Source of the DNA: Phoronis australis
Taxonomy: Eukaryota > Animalia > Phoronida
Reading direction: 5' to 3'
DNA: 64,000 nt
NCBI GenBank assembly: GCA_002633005.1
Contig: NMRA01000187.1
Location: 429,740 to 493,739, forward strand
The notes under the pieces were generated by a model. That model ran no database searches and was not told the DNA's origin. It saw nothing but the letters and a program-made list of their open reading frames with translations. Both the position numbers and the translations under genes were made by a program. Positions 14,064-26,600 of this stretch are shown in pieces. Each line of letters opens with the position of its first letter. Positions within the stretch are counted from its first letter, which is position 1.

Positions 14064-17000
14064 ATGCGAGCAAAGATCTATGTTGGAGATTTGTTGGACA
14101 GCGTGCGGGAAAGAGATTTGGAAGAGAAGTTTTCGAAGTATGGCCGTGTCGAAGATGTCTGGGTATCTAGAAGTCCTCCAGGGTATGCGTTTGTTATCTT
14201 CAGCGATCATCGCGATGCTGAAAGAGTTGTTAGAAAGTTGAATGGAAGAACTGTATGCGGAACACGTGTTCACGTAGAGATGGCAAGGAGAGACAACAGC
14301 GCTAGAGAAAGAGACTATCAGCGTGGAAGACCGAGCGCAGCATCAAAGAATTCTTATTCAATTGCGGATTACCCTCGATTTGCTTCGCCTCACTATCGAC
14401 GTGTAGAGAGAAGGGAACGCTATCCAAGAAGAGATTCCCACCGGCGTTATAGATCTCCAATCACCAGCAAAGATCCGACGCACTACCCTTATATGCCGCC
14501 AATGTCGCATCACACGCACACATCACCAAGACACGACAGTTTGGAGTATCACTCGCCCCTAGGTGCTCTGCCGCAGTACCCATCAACCTTCTCGTCCTAC
14601 TCTGATTACTACAACTACTACAACTCATATCAATCAGGTTACTATAGCTACCCAACCATGGCGACCAATACCGACTCGGTCTCCGCGACAGGCTATGTTG
14701 GTACGAGACCTGTCTACTACAATGAGCCGAAGCCACCAGGGTGCGAGCCCGTCTCGATTCCAAGTCGCCATTCCAGGCGTTCACACGGAAGGTGATATTA
14801 CTCTATTATGTTGTAAAGTTTTTACATTCATTGTGATCCATTCATTCAAAAACAAGTTTAAGTGGGTTCCGCAGTGCAACATTTAGCAAGGTAAATCTTA
14901 CTATCAATTATATGCTCAGGTAGTGTATGGCAATAGAAAACAACCGCTTTCTAAAAAGTCCTTGGCGTGTCGGAGAGCCATCAAGAGAAGAACTGATAGA
15001 ACTAAAATAGTTGCGTGCCAGTTGTGATCCTTCCTTGGAATTATGCACTTGGGAAGTAGACCGAGTTTCCCAAAGTTGATTCAGGAAGACGAACCCGTTT
15101 ATTGTCAAGGTGAGGAATGACCTGATGAATAAAATGATCAACTAAGAATTGTATATTTCAACCTGTATTGATGTAATTGTGAATATGAAGAAATTTGTCC
15201 CTGAACTGGAAGATAGAGTTCAAGTTAAGAGAACAAGAAAGACAGATATTGCAACTGAACCAACTCAAGAACATGGAAAGCAGAATTCGGAATTCAAGTT
15301 TACATCAGCAAGGTCAATGACAAGACGTAGAAGTTGTCCTCAGATGCTGTTTGGGAGTCTTTACAGCTGACCAAGGTAGTCTGAGGAGCAGTGTGGAGAA
15401 GCAGCTGTTAATTTCAACACTTTGCAATCTTATCAAAGGTGCCTGACATGTTTGTGCACTAACGTGGTGCTTGTTTGTTTAAAGAGAAAGATAAAGTTTC
15501 TTTAAATGGCAGCCACAGCAAGTTGGCATTTACGCGCATTGTATATCAGTGCTGTGGTAAAAAACAACCAGGAATTTATTTGAGAAAAGCATCAAGAAGA
15601 CGATTCAGTGATTCCTGTTTGCTGGTTGGCCATGCAGATAATGGATCCAAAAGTGGCATTAAGCCGAAGCTCCTCTACATTTCAAGTTTTAAATGCAGCT
15701 GTTGCATTCTTAGATGTGTAGTCTTCCTAACAGTTTTAACGGGAAGATGCAGACTCTATATTGCAGTATAAAGTTAAGGAGCCAATGGTAGTAAGAGTGG
15801 ACAAATTATAGAATATCATACATGGTTCTCTTGTTTTGTTTGGAAGGAATTGTGGGGAATCTTTGGTTGAATTTTGGCCTTATTTCGGTAGGTGGTGTGC
15901 ACGTTCTTCCACCGTTTTGTGTGCATTTTTAACAGCGTGTTAGTTTTATTAATTATGCATCTTTCTTGCACTTGTGCCTCTGTTCTTTGTCATTACCCTT
16001 TCAAACATGCGTGTTTAGAGAGTCAGCAGTGTCTATGTTTAGCTAAATTCATAATATTACGGTAATGCTTTTCCTCCTTTTTATATTTTAGTTAGTATTC
16101 GCTACGTGATGTACCACAACGTCTTCCCGTCATGTTGTGGGAATCTCGGTGTTTTCAAAGTCGTTGATTGCAGCTCATTGTTTTATCATATATTCTAGCA
16201 GTAATTTTCTTGACATGCAACATGGCAATTTGCTATGTGACCATTTTTGACCGTATTCAAAGTAATGCCAGGACTCAAAAAACTACTACGGGGTAAAGAA
16301 TTCAGGAAATACTGTACTTTGCTGGGGAGGGAAATTTTGGTGGTGAAAACTGTCAGGAGGTAAATTTTTCCAGTTTCTTATGGTAGTCACTCCATACAAA
16401 CTTCGTTGGCTGGGGGATGTGTGCACTAACCGTAAGGGGAGGGTTCATGCAGGTACACAAGGCTGACCGAACAGGTTGGATCCATTTACAAGGGATGGAT
16501 TTTATAATTCTGTGGCTGCTTGTGCTTTGCGATTCCAGTTAGATCTTCTATACCCTAGTTCATAGCCAGTGAATACCGAACCCACAGTTAAAATCCCTCT
16601 GCTACCCTGAACTGCACACAGGCCCCGTACTTCAGGTCTGTGTGAAGAATATGGTCCCGAGGACTGAGATTGGTCGCTGCATTTCCGAGGTGTGGGACAA
16701 GTATAGGGGACATGGAATTGAAAATTTGTATCCCGAGCATGATGTTTGTTAGTACGGGACTGGATCTTAAAGGCATGGTCATAGAATTATTTCTACCCCT
16801 GGTAAATTGACTCGACCTGCTCCAAGCACTGCATCAAGTAACTGCTCAGAATTGCTCTGGCATTTACTTCGCTGTGTGTTTCCGATGTAGTGCATTTCTG
16901 GTCTCTGCTTGTTATTTTTCACTGCTCACCTAAACACACTTATAGGCTTGCACCTGCACCAGCTGCCAACGTATGGATAACTTATTAAAAACACTCCTAA

Positions 17001-18492
17001 GTAGCAGATTTTTATCTTGAAACTAAACAATATTTTACAGATCATTGCATGGCATTAATAAGCTGGTAGTTGGAGCGATTATGAGACTGTAACCTGATAG
17101 ATTTCACATAGTATTGTACTGACTGAGCTGCGTGGCCAAATTTTGTTGATATAGATTTTTTGGTTGTTTTAACAAAATTGTTTCTCTGTACAGCTTCCTT
17201 GAAAATATTTTGTGTTAATGTGTTGTTTTACACTTAAGTTCATAGACTTAATCCAGCATTTTCTTGTGTGGTTTTCAGCAGAGTCGGCTCAGAGAAAAGT
17301 TTGTCGAGAAGATCTCACAGGTCGCCTCCAAAACATCGCGATCGCTCAAGTAAGTCTCCCAAGAGAAGTGGCAATCCTGCGGAACAGCACAATTCATCTC
17401 TTGGCCATCGTTCCTCAAACAGGAACCACAGTCATCACCGTCTGTCTTATGAAGATCTGAATCAACGGGAGACCGAGGTGCAGGTTGACCCTGTTCCTCC
17501 TGCTGAGTGCGTTGACCTTCGTCCTTCCCAACGTAGGCATGAACGTCATCATCTGTCGTCAAGAAGCCATCACAGTCACCATCGTCATGGTGGACATCGC
17601 TCCTCCACCGACATTTCCAATCGTCCACCCCATTCCTCAACGCCTAAGAAAGAAAGTGTTACGCGATCTCCGACTCCTGCCCCGTTTGAACCACAACCTG
17701 AAAATACCCCCTCTTCAGGCCCGTCTCGTAGTCGCAGCCCAAGTCAGCAAACCTCTGCCCACAGTAGTCGCCAACAGAGTCCATCTGATGTTGAAAGTAT
17801 GGATAAGTTCAGGTCACCATCTGAGCCAAGACCAGCTAAGAGAAGGCGAGAGAAATCTCCACCAAACATGGCCAACAATGAAAGAGTGTTAACGCGCGAG
17901 CCCTCCCTGGAACATTTGGACCGTCTGAAGCCCATGGATCGTTTGAAGCCTGTACGCAGTTGCCATGACTACGACTGGCCGGTCAAAAATGGAGCAGATA
18001 AGAAGTATCGTAGCAGGTACAAAAACCAAGTCATTTATTAGGGATTAATTGCAAAACCAATTTGGTTTGTAAAATATGGTTTGCAATATTGCCCGTTTCT
18101 CAATATCTTGAAGGTCATGTCACTGCAATAACTCCACCTGATGTCTGAGAAGGGAATCAGCTCATTCCTTTGGTTGATGACCGCCATGGTAACTGGTTGT
18201 AGCACATAAATGTGGTGTTCTACATGGTCCAACTTTTGAGTTCGGTTCTAAGCAATTACATTTTATCAGCTCTTTCAACATCTTGTAGTTTTGGTAACAA
18301 ATTAGTTTAAGCCCGAGTTTAGCATCAACATTCTTTGCCATCATAATTGTTGAGAATGGGTGTTTCATGGCACTTAAAATGTAAGTTTACTGATTTCAAT
18401 TTAACCAGATGTCTTGACATGGATGCATTGTTGTTCTTTTCAGTGGAAGTACCACTCACAGATCTCGCAGACCGTCGAAATCCCAAGTGTAA
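14064..18492 (+). CDS. SRSF3/SRSF7-like RRM protein with Tyr/Ser-, His- and RS/SP-rich tails (~504 aa, 3 coding exons)
   Basis: N-terminal RRM (KIYVGDL...VWVSRSPPGYAFVIFSDHRDAE..V..LNGRTVCGTRVHVEM) is of SRSF3/7 type. Exon 14064-14791 (AG|gtgata) joins in phase 2 to 17279-18016 (tttcag|C), then in phase 2 to 18444-18492 (ttcag|T GGA...GTG TAA). The third exon is less certain. Confidence 0.8.
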
Positions 18493-20636
18493 ATTGCAGT
18501 TTTTGTGTACCTAGTTTAGTTTGATTTGACAGTTTTATTTTATTTGTTAATTACTTGCATACTGGTTTAGTGGATGGTTTTCGTACGTTGCTGTCGGAAG
18601 TCTAAAAATTGTAACAAATAAGGCTTTCCAAAGCAACACTTTTAATTGGGTAGGGCAAGTTCACTAAACAATTTATAGTGTGGATTAACTTTCGCTGGAA
18701 TTGAACAGGTGGTAATGTGTGATCATTATTTAGCCTTAATCCATCAGAATATCAATAGTAAAATTCATTGGTGAGATTGATTTTGAATTTTGTCAAGACA
18801 TGTTTTTGTCCTCTTTCATCCGCCACCTGCGAGTTGTGATGTTAATCAAAATTTACTTAATGCAGTCACAGTTATTTTGCTGCTTTTATTTTTGTGGTTG
18901 TATCATTTAAAGTTCAGTAAGTTTAAAGCACAAGCAAAACATGCAGAACTATTGGAAGCATTCAATTTTTCAGTTGCTCTTGCGTTTCAGAGCCTTTAGT
19001 TGTCAGGTTATTTCATGAACTGTAAGTCAGAACATTAGGCTTTGTTCTACAGATCCATAAGCACTTTTGGGGGCTTGAGTTTGTACAGTTTGAAAAATTA
19101 ACACACAATAATTTTTATGTTCATTTTACAATTATACAGTCGGAGTGGTGTAAAAATACAACATTAGTTTTAAAGAGTAAGTATTAAAATGTGGGACGGT
19201 TGCAATTTATTTCGTTTTGTTGCACTCATTAAGAGTTTATGTTTTGACAAGTGAAACTAGTGAATCGCAATTATTTACAAGCATGTTATTGTATATCAAT
19301 TTTATTTTAAATAATATATTTTTGTTCATATATTGTTTTTAATTTAGACGTACATAAAGTTCACATACGTACCCACCCAGTCAACAAGCTCCTCTTTATT
19401 CCTCTTGCGTGTAACCGACCGAACAAAGTAAATCAATTTTCTAAATGAAATTGAAGGCCTTATCACAACAAACTTCCCAACCCATTTTCAACTCACCGAT
19501 TAAACAGACTGGGGATTGTTGGAAACGGACAACTTTGGTCAGAACACGCCATGAATGTGACGCTGTCCATGGGCTTCCTACTCAGAACGTACATGAATTG
19601 TAGTTGTACAACGCTTGGTCTGTTCCCAAGTTTTGCCCCTTATTCAAGACCGCCTCCCAGTACAGGGCCCTTGTGAATCGCACCTAAATGTGCACCATAT
19701 CCAAAAACAGTGCAGTTTCAGTAATAAGTTCAAGATTTTCATCCTCACATTGTGAAAATGAATACCAACCATTTAAATCCATTCAAGCTTTCAACTCATT
19801 TCCAAATCAAAACTAGTTTTGTGGAAGTCCAAGAATGGTAAACTGTAAGATAACAAAATTGGTTTGCAGTTGAAAACGAGCACTGTCCTACATTGCACTC
19901 TCATCTGTTGTGTAGTTGCCAACAGGAAATTCTATTTCAGAATTTGCCTCGCCCCATTTTCAGCGTAGAAAAGCAATTGTTTTACAACATTCAAAATGTG
20001 CTGCTTTTGACTTATGAGGTATTTTTTACTACTTAGTTATCTTTGCTAAATTTTGCCCGACAACAAATTCTACAATCTTAGCTCACATTATAATAATCAA
20101 TGTGATGAATTTTGAGAACAAAAAGGTACTAAAGTAGCAATGGATGACGAGACCTGGCTTCACTGTGAAAACTGGCCGAACCGAGTAGTCAGCAGATCAA
20201 TTCCTTCGTGAGTGAAGAGCTGTCTTGTAGAAAAAATCAAAGATATATATTAAGTCAAATGACGACAGTTTGGTAGACAACAAGTTTATTTACCATGTAA
20301 ATAATCCGAAGCACAAAAGCATTCTGTAGCTTAGCCTTTACAGATCAACCTTTAAATCAATATGCAGCAACCATTGAGTCAAAACTGTAATTTAAATTCA
20401 TTCAAAAGCATGTTATGAAATTGAAAGAGCTGGCCTTTCACAAAAAGAAAGAGTTGGTATTCTTAATGTAAATGGAAATATTACTGCGTGTTATAATTTA
20501 CGGACAAAGGGGAACAAAGTCTAAATGACATCAGAGTCCTAAATGTGCTGGCTTAATGCGTTTAAAAATTATGAAGTTGTTAAATAATTAACTTTTATGC
20601 AACATGTCAAATTGACAAAGAACAATACAAGAGCAA

Positions 20637-23600
20637 CTACTTAATTTTTGCGAGCACTGCAGCTCTCCGGTCGGTGTTTTGAAACAATGCCCTTATCAGC
20701 TGCTTCACTTCATTGGGTGAACACTCCTGAGCGAGTGGTCCTTTGCCGTCAGACCAACGATCACAAATATCCTGCAGGTTGGCATTTAAAACCACCATGA
20801 TCTCCGTGAACTTGACCCAGTTTGGCACGCTGGAGTGAAGCAACACCAGAGGGCTCTCTTGTGTGTTGTTGCTGCCAGTTGTTTCCACAGATGTGACCAG
20901 CTCGGGTGCTCGGTCGTGTAACATAGTGAGTAGTGCGTGCAGTTGCGTGGCGTCGTCTGCTGAGATATCGTCTAGGTGAATGATACTGCTGGCAACATTT
21001 TGTAGAACTGAGCTCAGTAACGTTCCTAAAACAGCAAGTACTCACAATAATAGTCAAATCAAATTACATACTATCACAAGAGACATCCAAAAGAAGCCCA
21101 GAGCAGTATTGCTGCTTGCAGCGCCCTCGTTCAACCATTGGTTTTGAAGGCACGTTGCAAGAAAAAGATTTCACTGTGTAGATACCTTGACTACAATAAT
21201 GTAAGTCTAACAATGCTCCAATTGAAGAATACACCAAAGTTAAGGCAAAACAGATGAAGAAATACTGACATCTTGCTCGCAATTTTCACATGTACCAGAT
21301 CTATTTTGGAAATGCCCATTTCTTATACAGAGGGCAAACTGATCTACATTCCATGTGTGGGGGTTTTCAGTCTGTTAGACAAGAGTTATTTTTGGCATAT
21401 GAGGCCAAACAAAAACATAGTTTGTTCTGGTTGGGAAATCAGAAAAATAATGCATCGTATTTTCAAAACAACCAAACGCCACCGTCAACTATGCTCGTTA
21501 TTCAAACAATATTTATGCTGCACCGAAAAAAATTTCTTTTACCAAATGCAAAACATGCTTTTAATGTACAAAATCGTTTTCTTTGCTCAGAGAATAACCC
21601 CAGATAATCGAAATTAAAAAATATGACCTTTGGAAACCATGCTTATATGCCTTGCTCACAATGGAGAATTGAGGTACACCACCACTTATAGTTACCCGCT
21701 AGTACTTTTGGATGAACGGCAACACAATCACATGCTTATAGATTATCAAAACAAATCTACAAAAATGTCATACAGTCCTCAACTGTTCAATATTGATTTT
21801 CTTAAAGAGACAGGCAGATTTGAAAACTTCTTTCATAAACAACCTGTTGATAAATAAGCGAGTTCTTGTGAGTTTTAAATTAGGTGTTTTGTGCAACGTA
21901 CTCCATCATCAGGCCTGAGAACGTCTGATGCACCGCAATAGACATCAGTGGTGTGATAGAGCTCAAATACTGCCACTGGGCTCACCTATAGACTTGCGGT
22001 ATATATTAACAGGTAGCACGTCCTTCCATATCTTACTAAGGTGCAGCAACTGGTGTAGAACCTGTTTCAGACACTTCTCACACTTGCTGTAGTTGTCATC
22101 CTTGGAAACCATGTCAAATCCTGAATCCCAAACAACAGAATATACCGTATCGCCTTGGTAAAAGCTCAGGAGTTTGTAATTGAGGAGATCCAAACAACAG
22201 AATATACCGTATCGCCTTGGTAAAAGCTCAGGAGTTTGTAATTGAGGAGATCCAAAAAACAGAATATACCGTATCGCCTTGGTAAAAGCTCGAGAGTTTG
22301 TAATTGAGGAGATCCAAACAACAGAATATACCGTATCGCCTTGGTAAAAGCTCAGGAGTTTGTAATTGAGGAGATCCAAAAAAACACCTCCAAAGAATTG
22401 ACCACTGGTAAGTCAAGTCACACGATAAGACAATGCTTTTAATGTACAGCTCCCATGGTTCAGAATTACAACGGAATTTTAATCTGGTCTAGTGCAAATG
22501 ACAGCAGTTTATGGTGGCTAATTTTGCGAATTGGCAATAAGTTTGACCGTAAACTAGTCCGGATGAACTCTAATGTGAAAGTACATTTTAAATTAGTAAG
22601 CAAGTATCTAAAATGTTGTTGGCTATGTGCCAAAAATTCCTCTCTCACCGTTGGCAGGCTTCAAGAATTCCAGTAACGTCTTCTTCTGACTCTGCATTTG
22701 CTGCAGGAATATTTCTGTGCCCAGGCGTCGGAACTTGGGCACCAAGTCGACGAATGTTGGCGCCGGCTGCATGAGGGCACTCTTCAGTTTGGGTGCAAAC
22801 TGGTGTCCCATGGTCATCAGGTGATGTGCGATGAACATGCAGTTGTTGTGGTGAAGCGCTGGAATACACTGGACAAAATGACCCAAACATACACGAACTA
22901 ACATGGGCTTGACAGCAAACAGAAGCACTATCACTGTTGTAGCCAACCAATGTTGTGTGAAGACAAGTTAAACAGTCCATTAAAGTGATCAGCAACATTC
23001 TCTTGAGTTCACAGTTTTTGGAAACCTACAATATGTCTAAAGTGAGTCTCTGAGTAGTTAAAAATATTTTTTCATGAAGTCTGAGATATTCCCGTATACA
23101 ACCCACTGCGCCATAGAGTAACTTTGTGTCTTGGCTCCAGGTGGCAGCAGGGATCAGCCATCCAATGCGACCATTTGTTTTAAATTGCAAAATATCTATT
23201 TTGAACTGTTGAAGTGTAACTCGAATTTTTAACATCATATACCGTGAAATTGGCATAAGTTGGATGCGCAAGTCAGATATTCACTGATTTTAGACAAAGT
23301 TCATGGTTCAGTTGTACTGTTTTCTGAAAACAGTGCAACTGAACCATGAACTGAAATTCAGTTAATTGTGCATTTGGTTGTTCAAATAAATGACACTTCA
23401 CCTCGCTTGGATTAATTCTCTCATTACATTTTAATGCCACTTAACTACAGTCAAACTTCGATACAATGTCCCTGTTTAGAGTGTTAACAGAGATAAGTGT
23501 TCAAACTCCCAAATTCACATTTTGAACCTAATGTTTGTAAATCTACCCTTGTTATAACAACTCCTTGCTATAACATAATTATACAGATTTCAAACGTCCA

Positions 23601-26600
23601 TTAACGTACATTTGTAATAATGTTTGGCTGTACACCGTATCTGCCGCACAGTCACCAGTTCGATTCTTACCTGTCAGCTGGGGTAGAGTAGCCAGACTGT
23701 CTTTATGATAGGTGGGCACCACACAGCAGTATAGCTCAAACAAGTTGCGGACACAGTAAAACAGCTGGACGGCACACTGAGGCGGGCTGACCGTAGCCTC
23801 TGTCAGAGTCTCGTACGCCATGTCCACTAGGGTTTTGGTGGAGCAACTGTTAACAAACAGAGATATGTGATTATTACAACTGTTGGTCATCTGTTAAGTT
23901 AAAGGACTATCTAGTAGTCAGAATGCTTAGGACTTTGCTCTGGACAAAGAAGAGGATTTGAGTGATGAAGTAAAACAAGTATTTAAGAAAAAAAGACTAA
24001 AATCATGACAAAATTTCTGGCTTGTCAGTAACTGTCAACATTCCCAAAAGCATATCAAGCAGATGCTGTGCTGAGAGTGTTCAAAGCTTAAAACAATGGC
24101 CAGATAGAGATCATTAGCACGGCAAAAATCAATATTTTTGGAGGTATCACTTCTGGTTGAGGGAAATGCTAGGCCAGAAAAGCACTTTTGTTTGCTTTTG
24201 AAAACGTGAAATAATTACGGACAATCTCTTAAGTACAAAATACATAAAGACGATATAAACAATTCCAACCTAATCCGGCAACGTGGTAGCTTGAATGACA
24301 CCATGCTGGTAGTCTTTACTCCAGGGACCAGAGGTTTTCTCTGCCCTTTTCCGCTATCCCCTGCTTCGATCCCTGATTCAGTCCCCACCTCGTCCCCAAT
24401 CTGCGTCGTGTCGTGAATCTCCGACTTCATGAACGCCCGTGCTCTCTCCATGATCTCGTGGCACTTCTTGTTGGCGAACAAAACGTTGATGTTTTTAACG
24501 TAATCCGACAGCTGACTGTTGTCAGGGGAGATAAATTTCAGTTTTACTAACACATCGTTGAAGTGTTCTGTCACAGATATGACATCGTAGTAGTCACCTA
24601 ACTCACTATGGCTCGTGGGCACTGATGGGGCGAGGCAATCCTTAATGATCTCTTCCAGAATACTCCCAGACACTACTGCACCCAGGCGCCCCATGGCTGT
24701 TGTCCCAGCCTGTTTTAGTTCAATACTTAACAACAACTTATTCAAGCTCGAGAAGAGCACATCAAGATGAGAAAACGCATCCGAAGGGCTGGCAACCTCT
24801 TGGTTTTTCACCACAACTTTTATAGTGGATCCCGCAGCCGTTACTTTTGCACTTGCGGTGATGACTGGTTTTATAAAGACTTCCAGTAGTTTCTCACCAA
24901 ACTTTTTCAGCTTCTCATCCAGTGTCCCCACCTTTTCCATTCCCTCCAAAATGTTTACAAGCAGCTCCGTATTGTCTGCTTTGATTTTCAATTGCGTATT
25001 CGTCTTACCACTCCCCACTAACCACTCGACTCTCTCGTTCCAAGCTTCGCTGATGTCATAAATTAACCGTTCCGACTGCACTCTGTACTCTGTGTGAAGG
25101 GCTTTATAAATCTGCATCTCACCAGAGCGAGGGGCTTTGGCCAACATCTGCAGATTCTCTTTGACAAGGTCCAACTGTTCAGCGGCTCTGGGAAACTGTT
25201 GCTGCCCGAGTGCACTCTGACAAGCCTGCAGGGCATCGTGGATTGTGACGAGGCGTTCTACCAGGATCACGATACCATTGGTCTCGGCGAGCTGGGTGTG
25301 GAGGTCGCTGAATTCGGTCGTAGATGCATTCAATTTGTTACGAACCTGAAAATGAGACGGTATGGCTACACACACACATTTTTAGTTTAAGAGGTGCACA
25401 TTGCAGCAAGCCATTTTGCAATTCATTGTAGGCTTAAAAATCATTGACATGCAGGGTTCGACGCTTAGCAATACCTTAAAATTCCCAGGTTGCAACATGG
25501 AATGAGCGTGCCAAAACAAGGAAACCCAACAACCGGCGCTGTAGACTTAGAAGTCCTAGCCTTCACAAAAACGGTCCAGCGCTATTTTTTTCCAAATTGG
25601 TCGCCAGAGTGCGAGTTCATATTGGCAAGCTTCAGGCGGCCAAATTGAGCCCTGCCATGAAATTTCAACAGTAAACAACTAGTCCGTAATGTGTGTTATC
25701 TTAGTGACTTGTTTGGTTTCCTTAACTGGCCATCTTATACAAAAAGTAAATCAAATTGGATGTCGTAGCTATTATACTGCTGAAAAAAGTCTTTAACATT
25801 CAGAAGGCTAATCAAGGCATAACAACAAAGTGTCTGCTGAAAGTCAAATCATTCAATTCAAAAGTCCGATAAACAACACAAGAAATTAGTAATTATGCAC
25901 TTTGAATGGATCACAAAGGTATTCAAGGCATAACAGTTACCATCACAACCATTAAATTTGCAGAGCCGCAAAAATATTGTCTTGAAATACCAATCCACCC
26001 TATTGCCATCCAGATCCATTTGAATACAGCTCTAGAGATCTCTACCCATAAACCATGCCTTCCAAATTTTTTCCTTAACTAATGGCAGTATTTTGAGGTA
26101 TTTTCGACATTGACCACATTCATGTAAGTGCCAGCCCCCAAACTAATAAAAATAGCTTTAAGGTACAAAGAATCCGCCTTTGATGCAACATTATTAAAAT
26201 AACGGATACCTGGTAATCTTGCACACACCTATTGTACTCGTTTCAAGTGTATGTACAATCCAGGAAACAATTACAGAAAGTGATGTAAACAGCCTGACAA
26301 AGGGCCTGCATCTAGGTTCAGTTCTGTCTTCACTTCCATTGTCTGTCAGGAAACACCAAGTCTTACATCCAGTCTGTGTAAGGGGGGGGGGGGAAGGCAC
26401 CTTTGTTTCGCACCCACCACCCATATTTTTCATTTATTTCTTCAGCCTACCACCTGTATTTTTTTTAAGTTTGAAATGCAACCACCCGTAATTTTTTTTG
26501 TTTTTGTGGTTGACTGCACAGGCGCTTGAGTTTATCTGTTCCTCCATCACCACTAACGTCATTCATTACTAAGAAAACATATGTTTCTTATATATGGTTA

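Noticed and set aside
14461-17935. Overlapping and antisense ORFs across the SR gene exons
   Set aside because: Shadow frames of GC-richer low-complexity coding sequence; no independent evidence.
21963-22416. 138-aa and 62-aa ORFs with repeated peptides
   Set aside because: Read-through of the 62-bp intronic tandem repeat; only 21986-22120 is a real ZW10 exon.
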